A model generated the notes under the pieces. The model was not told the DNA's origin. It did not search any database and saw only the letters and a program-made list of their open reading frames with translations. Position numbers and translations under genes: made by a program. 64,000 bases of DNA from an uncultured Chlamydiales bacterium (GTDB lineage Bacteria; Chlamydiota; Chlamydiia; Chlamydiales; Rhabdochlamydiaceae). The DNA is taken from the NCBI GenBank assembly GCA_963700985.1, contig OY969554.1:1472001-1536000 (forward strand), read 5' to 3'. Within the stretch, counting starts at the first letter, position 1; each line of letters starts with the position of its first letter. Positions 35,228-44,373 of the stretch are shown here, piece after piece.

Positions 35228-36546
35228 CGCTTACCCTTACGCTCTTTAGCTTTACCGGTTTTTTTATCTGGAGAGACGGGAAATGAGATCGTCTGCATCT
35301 GGGCCCGCATTGGATCGAAAAGGTGCCCCTTCATGAGAGTCTTGCCCTGCACAGTCTCTAAGCCGTCAAAAATGAATAATTCGCCTGCCAGCCTATGGTG
35401 AATACAATCTTCAATCTGTTCCGCACGCTTAAGATTGCGCCAACCTGAGGAAGTCTTAAGCAGCCAATCGCCTTCTCTTAGTACTAAACGACGCTTGCCG
35501 GCAATGCAGGTAATTTGGGATCCACTTCTGAGACGAATAGAGGAAAAGAGAGGGGTTGAGTCTTTGCCCGCTGATCGATTAGGAAGAGTGGGAGCGATTT
35601 TCATAGAAAGTTGAAAAAAGCCTGTCTCATCCCAAAGTTCCGCATCAATTCCTCGCGGGGAAGCGGATTTAATTTGAACCACAGGCATTGTAGGGGAAAT
35701 ATCCGCTGAAGTCGTTTGCCGCCATTTTCCATCATCCCAAACCAAAAAATCTCCCGAAGAGACGAAAAAGACCATCTCGCTATCATCTTGTCCAAGCTGA
35801 ATTTTTTCTTTCTCTCTTAGAATGCGGTACTCTTCGCCACCATAAGCCTCTATGAGACGATCTTTTCCCCAATGCTTAGTATCTCGCATAATTTTTACGT
35901 AAGCGGCTCCCTCTTTTTGTGAAAGAGACATCGATTTCTGTTTAGCATCAGGCGCGAGTGAAAGCACAAGTTGGTTTCTCTCTTCTTTCTGTTCAATTTC
36001 AAGAAAGCGATAAACTTCAAATGTCACGCTCTGCCGATTCATCGAAAGCGGCTTAACCCATAGAGAAGTTGCACTACTGCTAAAACGCACGCCTCTTTTA
36101 CCCTCTTTTTCCTTGTCGAGCTCAGTGAGATAAATTGTTTCGTCGAGCTTAACACATTTCTCTTCTCCTGTCGCCTTTGTTCCTAACAAAAGGCTAGATT
36201 CTACCCGCTGGGCGTCTGGCCGAGTGTTGCGGGCCAGCAGCAAAAGCTCGCTTCCCAGCCTAGGAATAAACTGTGAGGAGCGCGTGGCATTTAGAGACAG
36301 CGCGCCTTGTCCAATTGCCTCATAAGTCCAGTTGGGGGGCATCTTTTTCATGGCTGCTGCCGAGCTTTGTATGGTGAAACTTTCTTCGCCTAGCCTGAAA
36401 AAGAGAAAAATCCCCAAAAAGATCAATGCAACAGCTGGGCAGAGGAGGCGGATCCCCCAATAAAAAAGTTCTTCCAACTTAATCTGATACAGCTGTCCGA
36501 TGATCATATTTTGTAAGAAGTCTAGGCTTTTTGAAAAAAAAGGCAA
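35224..36546 (-). CDS. chlamydial T2SS-associated membrane protein upstream of gspD (alternative ATG at 36507)
   Basis: N-terminal TM; ATGA-coupled to gspD. Confidence 0.7.
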   Translation of the reverse strand: MPFFSKSLDFLQNMIIGQLYQIKLEELFYWGIRLLCPAVALIFLGIFLFFRLGEESFTIQSSAAAMKKMPPNWTYEAIGQGALSLNATRSSQFIPRLGSELLLLARNTRPDAQRVESSLLLGTKATGEEKCVKLDETIYLTELDKEKEGKRGVRFSSSATSLWVKPLSMNRQSVTFEVYRFLEIEQKEERNQLVLSLAPDAKQKSMSLSQKEGAAYVKIMRDTKHWGKDRLIEAYGGEEYRILREKEKIQLGQDDSEMVFFVSSGDFLVWDDGKWRQTTSADISPTMPVVQIKSASPRGIDAELWDETGFFQLSMKIAPTLPNRSAGKDSTPLFSSIRLRSGSQITCIAGKRRLVLREGDWLLKTSSGWRNLKRAEQIEDCIHHRLAGELFIFDGLETVQGKTLMKGHLFDPMRAQMQTISFPVSPDKKTGKAKERKGKR

Positions 36547-36611
36547 AGAGAAAGAGCGCTTTGTGAAAGGAACTATTGCGGAAAATTATACTTAATACTT
36601 AAATCCAAAAT

Positions 36612-36682
36612 TAAGAAGCCGTCTTAAAACCATGATCTTTTAGAGAAAAGATCGAAGATCTGGTTTTTAAGACCGCTTCTAA
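36612..36682. mobile_element. MITE-like palindromic element flanked by TAA
   Basis: TAA-GAAGCCGTCTTAAAACCA...TGGTTTTTAAGACCGCTTC-TAA, with internal hairpin GATCTTTT-AGAG-AAAAGATC. Confidence 0.5.
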
Positions 36683-36705
36683 GAACTTGTTACAGAGTAT
36701 ATGTT

Positions 36706-37089
36706 ATGGATGAGAAAAAGAACGAAGGAGTTTCTGTGAAAGAAATAGAGCTGTTTGCAAAAAAACACCGTATCGAGGTTGTATTTTGCCTCTCATTTAT
36801 CATTGCCTGCTTTTTTAGCTTTGTCTTTTTTGGCACAGCTTGGGCGCTGATATTTGCTACCATTGGCGGAATCTTAGGCGTAATTTTCCCAGCTAAGATG
36901 GAAAGTATTATTAGCAAAGGACTTCAATTCGTTTTTAAACAAGAGCCAACAGTTCAGCTGGTTTTGGCTATTGTTAAAATAATCTTATCGATCTTCCTGC
37001 CTCCGCTGATTTTCTTATCTTTGGGTTTAATGGGCGGTCTAAGCCTCCATCACCTAAGCACGAGCATCAGTTCTCAGCCCAAAGGTTGA
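36706..37089 (+). CDS. small integral membrane protein
   Basis: 127 aa, 3-4 hydrophobic segments. Confidence 0.75.
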   Translation: MDEKKNEGVSVKEIELFAKKHRIEVVFCLSFIIACFFSFVFFGTAWALIFATIGGILGVIFPAKMESIISKGLQFVFKQEPTVQLVLAIVKIILSIFLPPLIFLSLGLMGGLSLHHLSTSISSQPKG

Positions 37090-37755
37090 TAGGACTTTTA
37101 GACGAGCCTGGATGAAATCCAGAAGAGAGAGGTCCTCTTTCTGAAAACAACTCAGAAGGAGAGCCCACTCTCGCGGGTCTCTTTTGCCCTCTTGGATAAG
37201 CTCCTGCCAGCCGGCAAACTCTTCTTGGGGATTTCCCAAACGCATTTCCAAAAAAGCAATTCGGAGCAGATTGAAGTGATAGAGCAGAGAGCTTCTCTCT
37301 TCTGTCTTTTGCTGCAGCTTAATCTTAAGTTCTTTGGCTTCCATTAATGCATGAGCATAGTCGCCCTTGGAAATCATTAGGCTATTTTTAGCAAAACGCA
37401 CATGTGCAGGGGCTAATTCCTGAATGCGCTTAAGTCCACGTTCGCTTAATGCAACTGCATTTTGAGATTCATGGACGTCGATAAAGCGTTGAGCGACCTT
37501 TCCGCCTACTTTTCCTTCTAAATCTGGGTTTTTCTTTAAGGCTGCTAGTGCTTGATTTAGCAATTCAGGCGTTGGATTGGCAGTTGTAAAGAGCTGCTCG
37601 CAGGTCTCGTGTGCAGTTAGATAATCGCTGTCAGTAGGCCGCTCTGATCTTCCCATTAGCTGAAAACCTATAAAAAGCAGCACAAAAAGCAGACCCACAC
37701 CCATGAGAACCTTCTTCCCATGCTCTACCATCCACAACGTCCAACCATTTCCCAT
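37054..37755 (-). CDS. hypothetical membrane-anchored helical protein
   Basis: N-terminal TM, helical soluble domain; GGAG RBS. Confidence 0.7.
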   Translation of the reverse strand: MGNGWTLWMVEHGKKVLMGVGLLFVLLFIGFQLMGRSERPTDSDYLTAHETCEQLFTTANPTPELLNQALAALKKNPDLEGKVGGKVAQRFIDVHESQNAVALSERGLKRIQELAPAHVRFAKNSLMISKGDYAHALMEAKELKIKLQQKTEERSSLLYHFNLLRIAFLEMRLGNPQEEFAGWQELIQEGKRDPREWALLLSCFQKEDLSLLDFIQARLKVLSTFGLRTDARA

Positions 37756-37782
37756 AATATTCTCCCTAAAAAGAAACTATAG

Positions 37783-38880
37783 TCACAAATCAGAAACTTT
37801 GAGAGAAGTGTAAATTTTTTCCATACGCTCTAGCATAGAAGAAAAAGTGAATTTTTCTAGAGCCAGGTGGTGAGCCTCTTGGCCATATTGGCTACGCAGG
37901 CCAGAATCACTCGCAAGCTGTTTAACAGCTTTGGCTACCTGATCTGGTGAAAAAGGAGGCACAATCAGGCCCGTTTTCCCATCGAGGCAAACTTCCGGCA
38001 GCCCCCCAATAGGAGTGGTAATTAGCGGCTTTTGCAGATAGGCAGCTTGCAAACTGGCTTGCGAAATTCCTTCATGGGCTGTGCTCAAAAGGGCAAAGAT
38101 ATCCAGCGCGGCAATCGCAGTAAAAGGAGTATCTAAGTGTCCGGTGAAGATCACCCGGTTCTCAAGCCCGAGCTCACGTGCCAGCGGCTTATATTGTTCG
38201 ACATACCCTCCTCCCACGATGACCCACTTGATCTTCGGTTCATCTTTTAGCAGAGCCGCGGCGCGCAAAAAGTCGTTAATTCCCTTCCAAGAGCGGACAA
38301 AACAGACGCTGCCGACTAGACAATCTCCGGGTTGAACGCCGAGACTTTCACGGAATTTTTTTACCGCTTCAGGATCAACACTCAGCTCACTTGGTTCCAT
38401 TCCCGTCGCCACACAGACACATTTTTCCGAGGAAATTTTTGCCTGTTCGATGATCGTTTTAGCTGTAGAAGAGGAGGTCGTCACCACAAAATCTGCCAAA
38501 CTTTTATAGAGGAGCCGGCTATTTAGACCCGCGCGAATAGCCGTCGAGAGATGACGCATACGTAAAACAGGTTTACAACAAAGGCGAGCAGCTATACCAC
38601 CCAGCCATGCATCTAAGGATGAATGTGTTACAATTAAATCGATCTCTTGAGCGCGAATAATTTTGATAAGCTGCCAAATGGCCATGAGGGCCCGAGGTCT
38701 TTTAAACTTCACTTCAAAGACCGAAAAACCCTCCGCTCGAGCCTTCCCCACAAGCCCACCACCTTGGGCCACTGCAAACACACACACGTGCCCGCGACTT
38801 TTCATCCCCACGGATTCGCGTAAAATACGGATCTCTTGGCCGCCCCAACCCGATGAACTTTCAGTGTGTAAGATCCGCAT
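37783..38880 (-). CDS. glycosyltransferase family 4 (GT-B)
   Basis: HTESSSGWGGQE, VTHSS, WKG, HEGISQASLQA, IGGLPEV. Confidence 0.9.
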   Translation of the reverse strand: MRILHTESSSGWGGQEIRILRESVGMKSRGHVCVFAVAQGGGLVGKARAEGFSVFEVKFKRPRALMAIWQLIKIIRAQEIDLIVTHSSLDAWLGGIAARLCCKPVLRMRHLSTAIRAGLNSRLLYKSLADFVVTTSSSTAKTIIEQAKISSEKCVCVATGMEPSELSVDPEAVKKFRESLGVQPGDCLVGSVCFVRSWKGINDFLRAAALLKDEPKIKWVIVGGGYVEQYKPLARELGLENRVIFTGHLDTPFTAIAALDIFALLSTAHEGISQASLQAAYLQKPLITTPIGGLPEVCLDGKTGLIVPPFSPDQVAKAVKQLASDSGLRSQYGQEAHHLALEKFTFSSMLERMEKIYTSLKVSDL

Positions 38881-39910
38881 AAGATAATTCCGTTATTATT
38901 CGCCTATGTCCTGAGGAAAAAGGTAACGAAGCGAGATTTTCACGCTCCACCCACTCATAATTTTCTACCGGCACTTCCGTTTTTGCCAGCCAGAAAGAAG
39001 GATATAGCGTGGCACGATAACGTGTAAAGGTATGCTGCACTTCAGGCAGGCGTTTAGAAAAGCGGGCAGGGATTTTTAGCTCCTGGCAAATTTTTTCTTC
39101 TAAGGCTTCTAATTCAGGTTCGTCATTGAACTCCGCATAGGGAAATTCATATAGATCAGCCATGACTTTTCTGCCGCCTACGCGACTAACTAAAAGCTTA
39201 TTTTCAAGCGAAATAAGAGCAACCGCTCGCTTTAATAGCGTAACTTTTGGTCGTGCTCGCATTTTTGGCAAAAGATGCGTTTTCCGGTGAAGATAGGCAA
39301 GGCAGCTAGCTTTTAGAGGGCACGTATCGCAGATTGGGCTTTTGCGGCAGATTTGGGCGCCGAGTTCAATTAGCCCTTCCATTACGACCCATGGCTGCTC
39401 ATCAGGAAGGATCGATTCGGTTAGTTCCGTGATCTGCTTTTTGGCTTTATCTATCTCTTTTTCAACGGCAAAATAACGCGAAAGGACGCGCAGCACATTG
39501 CCGTCCACCGCTGCTGCTTTCTGATGAAAAGCAAAGCTTAAAATAGCACCTCTTGTATAGGGGCCAATGCCCTTAATGCTTGCTAATTCTTCATGAGTTT
39601 GAGGAAGAGTTCCGCCATGTTTGGATAATAACTCTTTAGCGGCTTGATGAAGATAGCGCGCACGCGAATAATAACCCAGCCCTTCCCATAACTTAATCAC
39701 TTCAGAAAGAGGAGCTTCTGCCAAGGCTGCGATTGTAGGGAGTCGCTCCATCCAACGCGTAAAATAGGGCACAACAACGGCGGCTTGCGTCTGCTGAAGC
39801 ATGACTTCCGAAATCCAGACAGCATAAGGAGTGGGGTTTTCCCTCCAGGGAAGCTCCCGCTTTTCTTTCTCAAACCACTCTTTCAACGCAGCACTATCAA
39901 AAAAAGGCAT
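38861..39910 (-). CDS. mutY: A/G-specific adenine glycosylase
   Basis: SEVMLQQT, WEGLGYYSRAR, HhH KGIGPYT, VDGNVLRV, 4Fe-4S motif CRKSPICDTCPLKASC. Confidence 0.96.
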   Translation of the reverse strand: MPFFDSAALKEWFEKEKRELPWRENPTPYAVWISEVMLQQTQAAVVVPYFTRWMERLPTIAALAEAPLSEVIKLWEGLGYYSRARYLHQAAKELLSKHGGTLPQTHEELASIKGIGPYTRGAILSFAFHQKAAAVDGNVLRVLSRYFAVEKEIDKAKKQITELTESILPDEQPWVVMEGLIELGAQICRKSPICDTCPLKASCLAYLHRKTHLLPKMRARPKVTLLKRAVALISLENKLLVSRVGGRKVMADLYEFPYAEFNDEPELEALEEKICQELKIPARFSKRLPEVQHTFTRYRATLYPSFWLAKTEVPVENYEWVERENLASLPFSSGHRRIITELSYADLTH

Positions 39911-40008
39911 CTTTTACCCGGCAGGCTAGGCAATTTTTTCCCTGAGGAAAGAATAGGACGCTAGCCCCAAAAATTTCAAGTCTCGATCAATCAGCCGTTT
40001 AAGTGTGT

Positions 40009-40024
40009 TGGCACACAAAGTGCA
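40009..40024 (+). promoter_or_regulatory. sigma54 (-24/-12) promoter
   Basis: TGGCAC-ACAAA-GTGCA, exact GG-N10-GC spacing, 39 nt upstream of ATG 40064. Confidence 0.65.
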
Positions 40025-40063
40025 TATATATATGCTACCTGCAAAACAAAAGAAGCGTGATTT

Positions 40064-40549
40064 ATGCAAACGAAGTGGACTGACACCCACAATAGCCTGA
40101 TGCTCTCCATGCAAAAAGAGGTGACTCTATTGAGAGATCTTCTGACCAACCTGCATCAAGAAGAGATTTCGCTGCTTATGCATGATCGCGCCACCTGGAA
40201 TCAGCTGAAAGAAGAGCGCGCAAATATCGTTAAACACCTGGAACCCTGCAGACAGGCTAGAGCCGAAGCCACTCAAAAGCTTTCAGGCGATCTAAAAACG
40301 GCAGAAATCTCGATGGAAGAAATTCTCCCTTCTCAGGATGAAAACAGTTGTGAAGTACTCCTGCTGCGCGATCAGATCGTAGCTCTTACTGAAAGAATGA
40401 ATAGGCAGAGCAATCGCAACCAGATTCTCTTTGCACAGGTAGAAAAACGCTTTGATCTTCCCCCTGAATTCAATGCTCATCAGCCCGCCTATGCGCCAAA
40501 AAAGAGCAAGCGCATCTCTGTAACCACCTATCCATTTAAAGAGCCGTGA
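40064..40549 (+). CDS. FlgN-like export chaperone / coiled-coil protein
   Basis: Pattern LL..L..E...L...D......L..E...(long helix)...NRQSNRNQIL resembles the FlgN NxxN motif. Confidence 0.55.
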   Translation: MQTKWTDTHNSLMLSMQKEVTLLRDLLTNLHQEEISLLMHDRATWNQLKEERANIVKHLEPCRQARAEATQKLSGDLKTAEISMEEILPSQDENSCEVLLLRDQIVALTERMNRQSNRNQILFAQVEKRFDLPPEFNAHQPAYAPKKSKRISVTTYPFKEP

Positions 40550-40564
40550 GTTAAATTTCTGCTC

Positions 40565-41611
40565 ATGACATGTGGATTCATTCATGGGCCTTCTGAGCAC
40601 TACCTCGATCATCTGGCTCCTTTGTGTGCACTTTTAGAGCTGCCCCTAGCTGTTTCCGATGCGAATGTTGCCCATCTGGCATCAATATATTATCCGATGG
40701 TGAAAATCGACTTCTATGACCCACATCAGATAGCCTTTGCTCTTGCAGAGCAATTCGATACAATTTTAACTACACTCCCGCGCGCGCTTTTCGATGAGAT
40801 CTTCTTTTTAGCCGAAAAACTTCTGGGAAAACAGATGCAAACTATCTGGTGTCCTCATGGAAATTCAGACAAAGGACATGCCTCGCCATTTATGGAAGCC
40901 TTAGCGCAAGAAACGCGCGCTTTCGTCTACGGGGAAAAGATGGTCGATTTTCTGATCCAAAAAAAAGCGCATGCTCAACTGAAAAACATCATGCGCATTG
41001 GCAATTACCGCTGGAAATTTGTTCAACAGCATCAAGCCTTCTATCGACAAATTGTACAAAAAAAGATCTCTTCTTCCTTCGATCAGAATAATCGCACCAT
41101 ACTCTTTGCTCCCACTTGGGATGATGCAGAAAACTCCTCCTCCTTTTTCGATGCCTGCTCCATTTTGATCGAACAGCTTCCCGATAATTTTAACCTAATC
41201 ATCAAGCCTCATCCGAATCTAAAATGGCAACGTGACGGCCAAGCAGATGACCTGCTTTCAAAATATCAAGACAAACCTAACCAGCGTATCTTATGGGAGT
41301 TCCCTCCGATTTATCCTCTGCTTGAGATTGTAGATATCTACCTGGGCGACATGTCATCAATCGGTTATGATTTTTTGACCTTCAATCGCCCGATGTTCTT
41401 CTTCAATCCTAATCGACGTGATGTCGCCTTGGACGAGGGCCTTTTTCTCTTTCGCTGCGGCATAGAAATTCGGCCAGATGAATACAAAGATATCTACACA
41501 TGCATTGCTAAGGGGTTGCAAGAAGAGCGTAAATTCTCTAAGCTCCGCAATGAGGTCTATCAATACTGCTTTTCTGAGGATGCCTGTGAAGTGCAAAATT
41601 TGCGGTTATAA
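40565..41611 (+). CDS. CDP-glycerol:glycerophosphotransferase family protein (TagB/TagF-like)
   Basis: PHG, LFAPTW, IIKPHP, GDMSSIGYDFL..RP motifs. Confidence 0.85.
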   Translation: MTCGFIHGPSEHYLDHLAPLCALLELPLAVSDANVAHLASIYYPMVKIDFYDPHQIAFALAEQFDTILTTLPRALFDEIFFLAEKLLGKQMQTIWCPHGNSDKGHASPFMEALAQETRAFVYGEKMVDFLIQKKAHAQLKNIMRIGNYRWKFVQQHQAFYRQIVQKKISSSFDQNNRTILFAPTWDDAENSSSFFDACSILIEQLPDNFNLIIKPHPNLKWQRDGQADDLLSKYQDKPNQRILWEFPPIYPLLEIVDIYLGDMSSIGYDFLTFNRPMFFFNPNRRDVALDEGLFLFRCGIEIRPDEYKDIYTCIAKGLQEERKFSKLRNEVYQYCFSEDACEVQNLRL

Positions 41612-41831
41612 TTTGGGAAACGAAACAGTCTGCCCATTTTCAGTAGAAAGTATGGGAGAGAGCTTATCTGTGGATGATAGCAAGCTAATGGCCGAGGGAA
41701 AGCTCAGCGACGCCGAGCATCATCTCAAAATGGCACGCTGGATTCTCCATAACCGGCGGCAGCAGCCTATGGAGCTTATAACCTGGTCTAGACAAATCAT
41801 CCATGCAGCGCAAGGACAAGGCTGGGGTTGA
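41586..41831 (+). CDS. small CxxC-containing hypothetical protein
   Basis: GAGGA RBS 5 nt before GTG 41586; MKCKICGYNLGNETVCPF...; stop overlaps the next start (TTGA). Confidence 0.5.
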   Translation: MKCKICGYNLGNETVCPFSVESMGESLSVDDSKLMAEGKLSDAEHHLKMARWILHNRRQQPMELITWSRQIIHAAQGQGWG

Positions 41832-42892
41832 TTCAGAATATGCGAGTTGCCGCAATCAGCACAGGTCCTGATACGCATTTAGATCATCTTGGCGTTATAG
41901 CCGCACTTTTGGATATTCCGCTGATTGTGACAGATAAGAAAAGTTATGAACTCGCCCAACTCTTCTATCCCCAAGCCCAGACTCAATTTATCGAGCATGG
42001 GGAACTGGGCTTAAATTTTTTGGCAGAAAATTTTGACCTCCTCTTCGGCTGTGGGAAGTTCTGGTATTTGGAACTTCAGCCGCTCTTTGAGCTTCTCTTT
42101 CAGAAAAAAATGCGCTTCGTCTTCTGCCCGCACGGCAATTCGGATAAAGGATCAACCCTCTCTGCCGATCAGCATCCTCCTCAAGATATTGCACTGATCT
42201 ACGGCGAACATATGCAAAATCTTCTGCATAGAACCGGCGCGCTAGCTAAAATTAGAGCCACTGTTGCCACAGGAAACTGGCGTTATCCATTTTATCGCCG
42301 TCACAAAGCATTTTATGATGCTCTTGCCAACGAGAGAGTTTTTTCGCGCTTTTCAAAAGATAGAAAGACCATTCTATATGCTCCAACGTGGGCTAGCCGT
42401 GAAAATCCTACCGCTTTTTATGAAGCCTGCACCGAACTTGTAGACCAGCTTTCCCCTTTTTATAATCTCCTTATAAAACCCCACCCTTTTTTAGAAGAGC
42501 AAGAGCCCGCGCATCTCTCCTATTTGCAATCCAGCTATGCGCATCTCCCTCATGTCGCCTTTGTGACCGGCTTTCCAGCGATCTATCCTCTGCTGGCAAA
42601 GACGGATCTCTACATCGGAGATTTCTCTTCGGTGGGATATGACTTTTTAGCCTTTGATCGCCCTCTCTATTTTTTTAATCCAAAACAAAGTGAAGTTAAA
42701 GAAAATGCACGGCCGCATCTCTATCGATGCGGCTTAGAAATCCCTCAGAAAGAGAGAAAAAATCTGAAACGGTTTTTGGAAAATACAGAGGATCCGCATA
42801 AGAGCGCACGGCGTGAGATTTATGCTCATGCTTTCGGCGATGAGCGCGATCCTAAAATCATCAAGGAAGAGATTTTAAAAGCCGCTTTATAA
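41828..42892 (+). CDS. CDP-glycerol:glycerophosphotransferase family protein (paralog)
   Basis: CPHGNSDKG, LYAPTW, LIKPHP, GDFSSVGYDFLAFDRP. Confidence 0.85.
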   Translation: MIQNMRVAAISTGPDTHLDHLGVIAALLDIPLIVTDKKSYELAQLFYPQAQTQFIEHGELGLNFLAENFDLLFGCGKFWYLELQPLFELLFQKKMRFVFCPHGNSDKGSTLSADQHPPQDIALIYGEHMQNLLHRTGALAKIRATVATGNWRYPFYRRHKAFYDALANERVFSRFSKDRKTILYAPTWASRENPTAFYEACTELVDQLSPFYNLLIKPHPFLEEQEPAHLSYLQSSYAHLPHVAFVTGFPAIYPLLAKTDLYIGDFSSVGYDFLAFDRPLYFFNPKQSEVKENARPHLYRCGLEIPQKERKNLKRFLENTEDPHKSARREIYAHAFGDERDPKIIKEEILKAAL

Positions 42893-42919
42893 AAAAACCT
42901 CATCCCGAAGGATGAGGTT
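42891..42919 (-). terminator. intrinsic terminator
   Basis: AACCTCATCC-cgaa-GGATGAGGTT (UUCG loop on the minus strand) followed by a minus-strand U-run. Confidence 0.8.
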
Positions 42920-42947
42920 CGATAAGAAAATAACTTTTTCTTAAGAA

Positions 42948-43103
42948 TTAGTTATTGCTTGTCTCTTGCTCAGCAGCATCTTCTGCTGCAACAGGTGCAG
43001 GAGCTTCTGTAGAAGCTTGAGCACTTTCATCGCCATCGTGAGCGAAAAGAGAACCTGATGTGAGAGAAACCATAGCTGCGAGAGCTAACCAAAGATTACG
43101 CAT
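42948..43103 (-). CDS. small exported acidic peptide (51 aa)
   Basis: GGAG RBS; signal peptide MRNLWLALAAMVSLTSGSLFA; acidic Ala-rich tail; own terminator. Confidence 0.65.
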   Translation of the reverse strand: MRNLWLALAAMVSLTSGSLFAHDGDESAQASTEAPAPVAAEDAAEQETSNN

Positions 43104-43179
43104 ATAAACTCCAATTTTAAGATTAGGGAACGTCCAAATTTTAGGGAGTAGAAGGATTTCTAGGAACACAAAAAATAAT

Positions 43180-44373
43180 TTAAGGAAGGCTTTTTACTTT
43201 ATCGAATTCAAGAGGAGGAAGAACCGTCAGATGGAAGAGTCGGTTTAGATCTCCGCAAGTAGCTTTAGCTTCGATGTCGTAAGCACACGCGCCCTCACGC
43301 AAAGGAATCACTTTAGAGACGATAGCTACGCGCAGACCCGGAGGAAAAATCCCATCCATGCCACTAGTGATTAATAGATCTCCCATTTTCACGATCTGGG
43401 TAGATTTTCTCTTTCCACCTAAAGCTTCGCCCGTACGCAAATCTCTAGATGGACCTTCATCATCAGCATAATCATAGTTGAAGCCGACACCCCGCAGCAC
43501 AAGATCTCGTGCGCGCCAAAGCGGTTGACTGGTTCCATGCAGCTCTCCTTTGGCAAGAAATTGATCATCGGAATCGTTGTTTAAATGATCGCGCAATTTT
43601 GAAAGCAGCCCCATGACGCCTTGCGCATCATCTCGTGTAATAAACAAATCTGCGCGCGTGCCTAAACCTAAAAGCAGTCCTTCCAGATGTTCACGCAAAA
43701 AGCGGTTTTGCTCTTTACCTCGAACAGCCCTTACTGCAGGCACTAACCCCGCATCTGTAATCAAGCGCACCTTAGACTGTTTATAGCCGACTTCCTCAAC
43801 CACCCCGACAAGTGAAGTTCCCACAACTACAGGGCTATTCTTAGCCACCACCTTCCTGTTTAAAGCCCGATTGTCGCGCTCTCCCACGTTTACCCAGAGA
43901 AAGCTGCTCCATGATGTAGGCTCTCTAAAAACCACCTTTGCAGGCAGAGCACGCAGCTGCAGATCTAAGCCATTTTTGAGAAGCTCAGCCCGTCTTTTGT
44001 AAAACTCTTTTACACCTATCTCAACTTCACTGTTTTGAGACAGCGTTTTCCATCTCTGAAGTTGCTCATCCACGCGCTCTTCTTGCAGCAGCCATTCGCG
44101 AACATTGCTAAGCTGTGAGCGCAGCACAAGGTTTTCTTGCTTTAACTTCTCATTGTCCGCTAGAAGCTCTGCACTATCAGCCTTCCCGCCTGGAGGAGTA
44201 ATCATCAAAAGCTGTAAGGAAAGGGATTTTAAAGAGGCAAGTCCATTCCAGGTAGGCGCAACAGAACTAATCATCATCTGGCGCATACGCACCGTTGCAG
44301 TTTCGGGCAAGGTGAGCAGTAGAAAAAGCGCTGCAGCAAGCAGCAAGTAAGGGCGATAGCGGATTCTTCTCAT
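43180..44373 (-). CDS. mreC: rod shape-determining protein MreC
   Basis: N-terminal TM, coiled coil LKQENLVLR, LVGVVEEV...SKVRLITD, GDLLITSGMDGIFPPGLRVA; ATGA-coupled to aspC. Confidence 0.88.
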   Translation of the reverse strand: MRRIRYRPYLLLAAALFLLLTLPETATVRMRQMMISSVAPTWNGLASLKSLSLQLLMITPPGGKADSAELLADNEKLKQENLVLRSQLSNVREWLLQEERVDEQLQRWKTLSQNSEVEIGVKEFYKRRAELLKNGLDLQLRALPAKVVFREPTSWSSFLWVNVGERDNRALNRKVVAKNSPVVVGTSLVGVVEEVGYKQSKVRLITDAGLVPAVRAVRGKEQNRFLREHLEGLLLGLGTRADLFITRDDAQGVMGLLSKLRDHLNNDSDDQFLAKGELHGTSQPLWRARDLVLRGVGFNYDYADDEGPSRDLRTGEALGGKRKSTQIVKMGDLLITSGMDGIFPPGLRVAIVSKVIPLREGACAYDIEAKATCGDLNRLFHLTVLPPLEFDKVKSLP

